A stretch of DNA of 64,000 nucleotides, taken from positions 62,001 through 126,000 of IMG/VR virus record IMGVR_UViG_3300042289_000986; one strand, 5' to 3'. The position numbers and the translations under genes were made by a program. Of the stretch, positions 56,245 to 64,000 are shown in pieces. The notes under the pieces are model-generated. The model was not told where the DNA came from, did no database searches, and saw only the letters and a list, made by a program, of their open reading frames with translations. Each line of letters starts with the position of its first letter. Positions within the stretch are counted from its first letter, which is position 1.

Positions 56245-56856
56245 ATGCAACAACCACCACTAAATAGATCTCGTAACGATAAATTTGTTTTAGTTTTGGA
56301 TATACCAAAAGCACTAAAAAACAAATATGATTCTACAACAGGAGATTTTTTTGAAATTGATTCTTTACAAATGGCTGTATATGGATCTCCTGTTCCACAA
56401 ATAACTGTTCCTGCTATTAGTGTTCCATATGCAGGTCAAGTTTACAAAGCAACTTCTGCTTCAAGACCTGAATACAACCCCTTAACAATTAAATTTTTGG
56501 TTGATAATGGTTATAAAAATTATTGGCTTTTGTGGAATTGGTTAAACTTGTTAAATGATGCTAAAACTTCAAAAAGTGAACAAAATACAATTCCTGACTT
56601 TTCAATTAATGATTCTAAAAGAGATATAAGAATTATTAATCCTATGTCTGATTATGTTTCTCGTTTTGCCATTTATGGAATGGATGAATATAACAATAAA
56701 TTAATTAGTTTTGAATATACTCATGCTTTTCCTACAAATTTAAGCGAGTTAAATTTTTCAAACCAAGACCCTTCTGAAATTAACTGTAATATAACATTTG
56801 CCTTTAATCAACTACACGTTGAGTTAGTTAAAAACGTAAACGATACAAATTGTTAA
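56245..56856 (+). CDS. Tube-fold tail completion protein (gp3-like)
   Basis: YNPLTIKFLVD..KNY..LWNW; AFPTNLS.L.F. Confidence 0.7.
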   Translation: MQQPPLNRSRNDKFVLVLDIPKALKNKYDSTTGDFFEIDSLQMAVYGSPVPQITVPAISVPYAGQVYKATSASRPEYNPLTIKFLVDNGYKNYWLLWNWLNLLNDAKTSKSEQNTIPDFSINDSKRDIRIINPMSDYVSRFAIYGMDEYNNKLISFEYTHAFPTNLSELNFSNQDPSEINCNITFAFNQLHVELVKNVNDTNC

Positions 56857-56857
56857 T

Positions 56858-58459
56858 ATGGCTACTTCCAATAGAAAAGGATTTGTTCAACAAATTCGTG
56901 ATCAAAAATTTTATATAGAAATTTGTTTTTTTAATCAAATTGAAGGACAAGTACCAATAAGCATTCCTTTTTTTTATATTGATTCTTTAAAAATAGTTGA
57001 AAGTTTACAACATTGGGCAACTTCTGCTGAATTAACATTAAATACAGATTTTGAAATTTTTACCAGAGGTACAACACAAAAAGTTGTAACTGATAATGGA
57101 AAGATTGATAAAATCGCTGCTCCTTATATTGATCGAACAGATGGAAGAAACAGGATTGGTGTAAGAATTTATCCAGTTTCTCCAAATAACGATGAAAACG
57201 TTTTTCCAAAATATAGATGGGAAATGTCTTATGATTTTGTTGTAGTAGACGTTGAAGATTTACCTACTCAAAATAGTCAAAGGAAAAAAAGAAAATATAC
57301 ATTGATCGATGAAAGATATCAAATATTAAAAGAAAGAAACATTGAATGGTCTACTAGAATAATGGCGGCGGCAACATATTCCAAGTTACCTTATGAATTA
57401 ACAGATGAAGAATCTTCAATGAATCCTAATGATATTTTACGAGAAATTATAAATTTAGCAGCATCAAATCCCAACCCATCGGTTGGTGTTAATGATCCAA
57501 TTAAAGTTGGTTATTCTGAAGAAGGTAGTATTGATAAACCAACAGTTCCTTTAAACAATTTTAATTTGGATTTGTGGGATGCTGGAAATGTTAATAATAA
57601 ATTGCAAGCAAACAATGTCGCAAAAACTTTTGCTTTAGATGATATTGAGTATATTTTACCTTTTTGTACTGGAACTGATGGATATCCTGTGATTTTAGAT
57701 TTTGGTAGATCTTCTGTAGATAAAGCATGGCACTTAACATCTTTAAAAAAATTATTTGAAAATTCTAATGAAGAACAAGTAGAAAGATTATTAATTGAAG
57801 ATGGGTTGTCTCCTAGTGATAGCGAACCTTATGTTGCTAGAGCAGATGCTTCAGAATCAAATAATGTTAAAAATTTTACTTCAGGTTTGGCATCTCGAAT
57901 AAGCAAATATAAATTTTCTCCAATGGTTGCAACTGATGATAATCAGATTTTAAATAGAGCACTTCATTTTTATAATCATTCTACAGGAGAATTTTCAATA
58001 CTAATGGAACAAAATACCGCTAAAAGTGTTTTAGAAGGATTTAAAGAAATTGCTCAAAACGGACTTTATAGTTTTAAAAATGGATACAGTCCTCAAATCA
58101 TTTCAAACTTAAATCAAACTAAAGCAAAAGGATTAATGACTACAAACGAATTAAGTCTTTCAGGTCCGTTTATAACAGAAAATAATACTAGAAATCAAAT
58201 GATGTTAGATTTTTTATTTTTGTCACAATCTGTGACTTTTCAAGCTTTGGGTTTAACATTAAGAGCACCTGGTAAGTTTATATTCATTGATAGATTTGCA
58301 TCTGCTGATAGCAACCCTTTTGATGATAGATTTTTAGGACAGTGGTTAATGACAAAAGTATCTCATCTTTTTACACAAGAAACATATATGAATGAAGTTG
58401 TGGCAGTAAAAATTGATAGTTTTGGTAAGTTGTTCCCAGAAGAAGATAATAAACTTTAA
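56858..58459 (+). CDS. Baseplate hub protein (gp27-like)
   Basis: N-terminal IDSLKIVES; C-terminal G...R.PGKFI..LGQWLMTKVSHLF. Confidence 0.55.
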   Translation: MATSNRKGFVQQIRDQKFYIEICFFNQIEGQVPISIPFFYIDSLKIVESLQHWATSAELTLNTDFEIFTRGTTQKVVTDNGKIDKIAAPYIDRTDGRNRIGVRIYPVSPNNDENVFPKYRWEMSYDFVVVDVEDLPTQNSQRKKRKYTLIDERYQILKERNIEWSTRIMAAATYSKLPYELTDEESSMNPNDILREIINLAASNPNPSVGVNDPIKVGYSEEGSIDKPTVPLNNFNLDLWDAGNVNNKLQANNVAKTFALDDIEYILPFCTGTDGYPVILDFGRSSVDKAWHLTSLKKLFENSNEEQVERLLIEDGLSPSDSEPYVARADASESNNVKNFTSGLASRISKYKFSPMVATDDNQILNRALHFYNHSTGEFSILMEQNTAKSVLEGFKEIAQNGLYSFKNGYSPQIISNLNQTKAKGLMTTNELSLSGPFITENNTRNQMMLDFLFLSQSVTFQALGLTLRAPGKFIFIDRFASADSNPFDDRFLGQWLMTKVSHLFTQETYMNEVVAVKIDSFGKLFPEEDNKL

Positions 58460-58461
58460 AT

Positions 58462-58773
58462 ATGAATAAAGAAAATTTAAAACAAATGATGCAAAAAAAC
58501 CAAATTCAAAGACTTGCTTCTTCAAATAAGAATAATTTTCCTACTCTTCCACAAATGGCAAAAAATTTAGGAAGAGATGTGGTTAAAAACATTCAAAGCA
58601 TATCTCAAGGAAATTCAATAAATGCTTCTTCAGAAGAAGTACAAAAAAGAAAATCTATCTGTCAGGGTTGCGAGTATTATAACTCGTTTCAAGATCGTTG
58701 TGTTAAATGTGGGTGTTTTCTAGCAGTTAAAACTTATTTAAAAGCATCAAACTGTCCCATTAATAAGTGGTAA
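58462..58773 (+). CDS. Small Cys-rich metal-binding protein
   Basis: R.SICQGC..RCVKCGCF..K...CPINKW. Confidence 0.65.
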   Translation: MNKENLKQMMQKNQIQRLASSNKNNFPTLPQMAKNLGRDVVKNIQSISQGNSINASSEEVQKRKSICQGCEYYNSFQDRCVKCGCFLAVKTYLKASNCPINKW

Positions 58774-59334
58774 ATAATACCTTTCAATGATTAATTTTGA
58801 ATGATGGTCTATTATTTTTCTTTCATATTCAATTTTTTCATTTAACCTACCCCATTTTAAATGGTAGTCAGCAGATTCTTTAATAATTTTATTATTAATT
58901 TTTTCTGTTTCATTGGCATCAAAAATTTCTTCTCTTTCTATAAAAATACATAAGCCTTTCATTTCATTTTTAAGCCAAAACAGTTCATCTTTAGGATATT
59001 CTGAATATCGAATATCTGGAATAATATTAACGCAATTTTCTTTTAATTCAAATTTTTCAATAAAATATCTACCATTTGTTTTTTGTCTCATTAATTTACC
59101 ATATTCTACCAACAATGGTCTAACAGATTCTTTTTCTTGGTTATTTTCTGTAAAAGAATCAAATTCAATTTTTTCAAAAAGTATTTTTTGTAAATCTTGT
59201 TTAACAATATCTCCAGCAATAGATTTTCTCATGGCTGGTAAATCTAATTTCTCAAATTCTCTAATTAATCCTCGACATAACGTATCTTTGCCGCATCTGG
59301 CAGCACCAGAAATGCCTATAATTGGATAATTCAT
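58747..59334 (-). CDS. Deoxynucleoside monophosphate kinase (T4 gp1-like); start reassigned to 59334
   Basis: IIGISGAARCGKDT; RPLLVEYG..R; IPDIRY. Confidence 0.8.
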   Translation of the reverse strand: MNYPIIGISGAARCGKDTLCRGLIREFEKLDLPAMRKSIAGDIVKQDLQKILFEKIEFDSFTENNQEKESVRPLLVEYGKLMRQKTNGRYFIEKFELKENCVNIIPDIRYSEYPKDELFWLKNEMKGLCIFIEREEIFDANETEKINNKIIKESADYHLKWGRLNEKIEYERKIIDHHSKLIIERYYLPLINGTV

Positions 59335-59404
59335 ACTAAATATATAGTATACATTTAAAAATAAAATTATCAAGAAAAAATAAGTTATCTGAGTAAGTTT
59401 TTAT

Positions 59405-61048
59405 ATGGCAACCAATTCAATCACTAATTCTTTATTTCAGGGGGTTAGTCCAGCAACCGCCGATCAAGTTATTAATGGATATAATCCATTTTCTTCTAGT
59501 TCAACTTCTGGAAGAACCACTGTTGGTCAAACAAATCCCCCAACTGGTATTACTGTTGGTGGAGGAACTGGTAATGTTTTTCAAACATTAGCTTCTAGCG
59601 TTCCTGCTGTGCAAAATGCTGCTGCCGCAGCAGGAGCAGCATCTAAAAGAATAACAACGCAAGCAGGATCTAATCAAGTAAGATTTGGAACTCCTACAGG
59701 AAGGTCGCCTTCTATGTTGAGTGGTGAATATAGTGAACCAACATCACAAGAAATTAGAGAACTTGAGAAAAAAACAAATCTAACATTATACCCTTATATT
59801 TTTGGTGGAGAATTAGCAAAAATTAAACATCAGTTTAGCGATTTGAATGTTAATAAATATTATCTTTTATTATCTCTTTTAGTTTATGGATTTGATAACG
59901 CAACTTTAAGATCTGCTACACAAGGACAAGATGCTTATATTATAGATGAAGCATTTATTGCAGATTTTTTAAATCTTCCTAAACAACCAGGTTTACTAGA
60001 AGCATTACAAAAAACACCTGCTTGGCAAAAAGGTTGCTTTGATGATATTGGTAAACTTGGTGTTACTGAAGTGAATGCGGATCGAATGGAAAATAATCCT
60101 ATCACTGGTCCAGAAAAAACTACACCAAGTTTAGTAGAAAAACTTTTAAATCAAATTCATCCTGATACTGTCGATAATATTGAAAAATTTTGTAATGTTA
60201 TACGCACACGTTCTTATCTATCTATGCCAAAGGGAGCATTCGGTTCTATTTCAAGAATTGTTGCAGGAATTAATGGTGTTATTGGTGCTTTTCAAAGTAT
60301 TATCAACGACATCTACAATGGAGTTATTATTTATATTCAAAAAATTTATGCTTGGATTAATGGTATTATAGTTCAAATACAAAGAAAATTATTAGAAGTT
60401 ATCGAAGATCTAATTCCATTAGATTTATTATGTTTAATATTAGATACGTTGCAAGTATTACTAGATGATATCAACTTTTTTACATCATTGTTTAATATGT
60501 CAGGGTCTTTTACTAATATCTTAAATAGTGTACAAAATTTTGTTAACATTGCATCAAATTTTGTTACAAATCCATTTACAACAGCTATGGCATATTTGCC
60601 ACCAGAAGTTCAACAAATTGTTGATACTGTAAATCAAATTGGTACAGATCCTGGTGGGTTTTTAGCTGATCAACTTTCTAACTATGGTTATGCTTGGGTT
60701 GCCACGGCACTTCAAGGAAATTTGATAGGTGCTTTAGTAAATAAGTTTGGACCTGGTTATGCAGCAATTACTCCACTAGGTAATGTTCTTTCAAAAGCGG
60801 GTGAAATATATCAAAGATACGGTGGTTCATTTCCTCCGATTGCTGCTTCACTTGGACCGAATGTTTATAATAGTAATAGAGAAGACATTTATGGGCATCC
60901 TTTAGATCCTTCATTCATTTATAAAAACATCCAAGAAAATTTTAGATCGATTAGTCCATCAGTAGGACAAATTGGAGAAGGGGTTAAAAAGATTCCTGCT
61001 GATGTAAATTCATTTATTACTAGTTTAAATCCTTTTGATGGAAAATGA
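59405..61048 (+). CDS. Putative virion/baseplate-associated protein
   Basis: Low-complexity N-terminus, amphipathic helical core; directly upstream of gp5. Confidence 0.45.
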   Translation: MATNSITNSLFQGVSPATADQVINGYNPFSSSSTSGRTTVGQTNPPTGITVGGGTGNVFQTLASSVPAVQNAAAAAGAASKRITTQAGSNQVRFGTPTGRSPSMLSGEYSEPTSQEIRELEKKTNLTLYPYIFGGELAKIKHQFSDLNVNKYYLLLSLLVYGFDNATLRSATQGQDAYIIDEAFIADFLNLPKQPGLLEALQKTPAWQKGCFDDIGKLGVTEVNADRMENNPITGPEKTTPSLVEKLLNQIHPDTVDNIEKFCNVIRTRSYLSMPKGAFGSISRIVAGINGVIGAFQSIINDIYNGVIIYIQKIYAWINGIIVQIQRKLLEVIEDLIPLDLLCLILDTLQVLLDDINFFTSLFNMSGSFTNILNSVQNFVNIASNFVTNPFTTAMAYLPPEVQQIVDTVNQIGTDPGGFLADQLSNYGYAWVATALQGNLIGALVNKFGPGYAAITPLGNVLSKAGEIYQRYGGSFPPIAASLGPNVYNSNREDIYGHPLDPSFIYKNIQENFRSISPSVGQIGEGVKKIPADVNSFITSLNPFDGK

Positions 61049-62553
61049 AAAAAGTTTCTGGTAATCATTTAGGAATTGTAGTTAATACAACTGACCCCGA
61101 AAATAGAGGAAGGGTTCAAGTTTTTGTTCCACACATTTCCACAACTTTATATTCTGGTTGGAATGAAAACTTAAAAGATATAAAATTTAAAACATTTACA
61201 TCTGATGTTTTTACTGACGAAATAAAACAAAGATTGTGGTCTTTGTTACCTTGGGCAGAAGCTGCGGTCCCGTGTTGGGGTGGTGGTACTGGTGCTCCAA
61301 TTGATGAAAGTACAGGGTTACCAATGCCAATACCAACGGATCAAGCTTTTGCTTCTCAAGGACCTTCTGGCACGATTAGATATAAATCAGGCATATCTGG
61401 TGATGGTTTACAGGGATTTGTTAAAGAAAGGACTGCCGCTTTTTTTGGACAGTTTCCAAACGCAACTATAACGAGTACAACTGGTGGAAGGCACTCTGCT
61501 GGAAGTCTTCATTATTCTGGAAGAGCGATTGATATTAGAACTTATGATCAAAACCCAGAAACAATTCGTCAAATGGTAAATTGGTGGGGTACAGTTGGTG
61601 GCGCAACAGAAATAGGATATGAAGTAAACAGTAGCAGTCCTCACTTACATATTGGTTTTAGAACAGATGGTAGAAGAACCGCTTTTAACGTTGGAAGCAC
61701 CCCTTCATGGTGGGGTGGTTTTGCTTCAGGATTTAGAAATGGAAGTTTACAACAATCTCCAACAAATCCTGGTACATCACAAGCTATTGCTACGGCATCA
61801 GTTAATCCTAGATCTGTTCCAGCAAAAGATGGGTTAAATAATAAAAAAGGAGAAAGAACTGGATCTGAAACAGGTCCTTCACAAGTTTCTGGTACAGGAT
61901 TTAGTCAAAATTTTTTGAATGCTGTAAAAGATTGGGAAGCTGGACCAAACAGAGAATATTTTAACTCAACTGCAATAGATGATGGTGGAATTTATACAAT
62001 AGGTTATGGAACAGAATCTAGACCAGGCGCAACAATTACCGAAGCTGAAGCATCCAGAGCATTGATTGCAGATTTAAGTAAAAGAGCTATTGTGGTAAAT
62101 AATGCATTAAATAATCGAGGAATTACGCTAACACAAAGTCAAAAAGAAGCGTTGATATCTTATACATTTAATAGAGGACCTCGCGGACTTAATGAACTTT
62201 TAAATAAATCTGGTAAAACTTGGGATTCTATAGGACCAAACATGTTAAAATATTGGGGAAAAAATCCAGATGCTCAAGCAGGATTAGTTAATCGTCGCCA
62301 AAAAGAACTAGCACATGCCAATAATGATGGTTCTGGTGGTGGTGCTGTAGAAGGAGACGGTTCAAATGTTTTTAGAACTACAAATGCTGGACAAAATGCA
62401 TATGCCTCAATCAACAGTCCAAGAGCAGGAGGACCGATGGGCTTTTATTCTACACCCGCAGTTGGAGCAAAAGTTTGGGTATTTTTTGAAGCAGAAAATC
62501 CACAAAGACCTGTATTTTTTGCAAATGCTTACGAACCTTCAAATATAATCTAA
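61045..62553 (+). CDS. gp5-like hub: OB-fold with inserted M15-type peptidase and GH24 lysozyme domains
   Basis: GIVVNTTDPENRGRVQV..PWA and P.VGAKVWVFFE..PQRPV flank SLHYSGRAIDI..HLHIG and WEAG..YTIGYG..ALISYTFNRG..GLVNRRQKE. Confidence 0.85.
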   Translation: MKKVSGNHLGIVVNTTDPENRGRVQVFVPHISTTLYSGWNENLKDIKFKTFTSDVFTDEIKQRLWSLLPWAEAAVPCWGGGTGAPIDESTGLPMPIPTDQAFASQGPSGTIRYKSGISGDGLQGFVKERTAAFFGQFPNATITSTTGGRHSAGSLHYSGRAIDIRTYDQNPETIRQMVNWWGTVGGATEIGYEVNSSSPHLHIGFRTDGRRTAFNVGSTPSWWGGFASGFRNGSLQQSPTNPGTSQAIATASVNPRSVPAKDGLNNKKGERTGSETGPSQVSGTGFSQNFLNAVKDWEAGPNREYFNSTAIDDGGIYTIGYGTESRPGATITEAEASRALIADLSKRAIVVNNALNNRGITLTQSQKEALISYTFNRGPRGLNELLNKSGKTWDSIGPNMLKYWGKNPDAQAGLVNRRQKELAHANNDGSGGGAVEGDGSNVFRTTNAGQNAYASINSPRAGGPMGFYSTPAVGAKVWVFFEAENPQRPVFFANAYEPSNII

Positions 62554-62588
62554 ACTTGTATATTTGAATGCTTTAATAAATATTAATA

Positions 62589-64000
62589 ATGGCTACTTTC
62601 TCTTATAGTCCTACAAAATTAAACGAAAACGAATCCAAACAATATAGTGTAATTGGTGGTGAGGCAGGTTCTATTTCTATGGGACAACATGTGGTAAAAG
62701 ATCCTTATGGTTCTTTTATTTCGGAAGATAGATCTCATATGATTTTATCCGATAAATTTGGTAGCTTAATACAATTTATTGGAGGAAAAGTAGTATTTAA
62801 AACTGCATCCGATTTGTGCATGTTTACAAATCAAAACATGTTTATGTCGGTTACAGGTGATGTTCAATCGAGTATTGGTGGTAGTAAACATGATTTTGTT
62901 GAGGGTGATGTTACTGCACAGGCAGGTAATGACAAACAAAGAGCCGCTGCTGAAAAACTTCAAGGATTAACAAGTCAAATAGATAAAGAAAAATTAGATA
63001 CTATTAAATCTACCGAAGGACAAGAAATGGATTGTCCAGTTTGTTCTCAAAAACATTTGTCAGAAAGAGGTTCTGCTTTAGTTGGAAAAATTTTTAAAAC
63101 GTTAAGAAGATTTTTACCAAACATGGCATATCCTTTAGATATTGTTCAAAAGATTATAAATTTTTTGGTAGTTCCTTTTTTAAATGCATCAACTACAAAT
63201 TTATCATTAACTGGAGGAAAAGGCTGTGGTAGTCCTGGCTGTAAAAATGGAAGAATAAAATCGCCAGCAACTGCTGTTCAAGAAGGAAACAGTAAAGCAG
63301 CCGATGCATATGAATCTAGAAAACTTCAAATTGCAAGCGCACAAACAGAAATGGGAAAAGGTGGTGCAAAGGTTGTTAGAGAAGGGGGCGATGTAGTTTG
63401 GCAGGTTGGTTTAGCAAAAAATGATGCACCAACAGTAACGTACAAAGATCCGGTTCCTACGGCATTATATTTACAAAATTCAAAAATACCTGGTGAATTT
63501 TTTGCTCTTGGCGCAAAAGGAACAGCAAAACAAGCTATACATTCAGATCCTTTAATTAATCCAGGTAGCTTATTGCTTGATGTTGCTAATAAGTTTGAAG
63601 TTTCGGCAGGATCGCCAGGTGTAGATTTAAAAACTTCTGGTAAAGCAACTTTTTCTGGTGCAGTTACAAATATTGTTGCAAACCAAGGAGAATTAACTTT
63701 AACATCAGGTAATAAAACAACTTTAAAAGGAAAAAATGTTTTAATTGATGCTAGAGATAGATCTGGTGATAGTGGAGTTAAAATTGAATCTGATAATACT
63801 CTTGTTGCTGGAAAGTTAAGTGTAACTGGAGATCTTGCTTTAAAAGGATCTTTGATGATGGATGGGGGATTGTATGTTACACATTTAACATGCCCATCAG
63901 AAAGAATTCAAACATCTCCTAGTGGTGGAGCACATTATGTTCATTCAAATGCAACGTGGAATGATTTTGCTCCAACAAAAGCAAGTGCTTTGGATATATT
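62589..64000 (+). CDS. gp5 C-terminal (spike, beta-helix-like) protein, runs off window (not in track)
   Basis: ATG 6 nt after TAAATA; frame open to end; V-x-G-D/K-type repeats; CPVC..CGSPGC insert. Confidence 0.7.
   Translation, partial: MATFSYSPTKLNENESKQYSVIGGEAGSISMGQHVVKDPYGSFISEDRSHMILSDKFGSLIQFIGGKVVFKTASDLCMFTNQNMFMSVTGDVQSSIGGSKHDFVEGDVTAQAGNDKQRAAAEKLQGLTSQIDKEKLDTIKSTEGQEMDCPVCSQKHLSERGSALVGKIFKTLRRFLPNMAYPLDIVQKIINFLVVPFLNASTTNLSLTGGKGCGSPGCKNGRIKSPATAVQEGNSKAADAYESRKLQIASAQTEMGKGGAKVVREGGDVVWQVGLAKNDAPTVTYKDPVPTALYLQNSKIPGEFFALGAKGTAKQAIHSDPLINPGSLLLDVANKFEVSAGSPGVDLKTSGKATFSGAVTNIVANQGELTLTSGNKTTLKGKNVLIDARDRSGDSGVKIESDNTLVAGKLSVTGDLALKGSLMMDGGLYVTHLTCPSERIQTSPSGGAHYVHSNATWNDFAPTKASALDI

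Overview
AT-rich segment of a large T4-like (contractile-tailed) bacteriophage genome, read with the standard genetic code. Host-like genes (bS21 of the RAFETP type, a DUF4032-like protein, an outer-membrane barrel with a ..SKEVV.. N-terminus) point to a Verrucomicrobiota host (inference). 1-44.7 kb is accessory and metabolic: a tmRNA, 14 tRNAs plus one tRNA fragment, at least two unassigned structured ncRNA loci, bS21, purA, nrdJ, dut, dCMP deaminase, phoH, RNA ligase, three HNH nucleases, four metallophosphoesterases, a SET-domain protein, a SemiSWEET-like transporter and many small ORFs. 44.8-64 kb is the tail/baseplate module (sheath, tube, gp26-, gp53- and gp27-like genes, split gp5) with the large terminase embedded in it. 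Most notable: (1) a translation-takeover kit of bS21, an unannotated 43-aa ORF resembling only the N-terminal domain of ribosomal protein bL12, a tmRNA with a 35-codon tag, tRNA-Ser(ACU) and a long-arm tRNA with a UAU anticodon, in a genome whose mRNAs look mostly leaderless; (2) promoter-driven, GC-rich, highly structured ncRNAs at about 9.1-9.4 kb and 16.25-16.8 kb; (3) unrelated cargo proteins sharing an N-terminal KDQxLLExAY leader, a candidate capsid-targeting signal. All family calls come from motif recognition by eye; no database searches were run.
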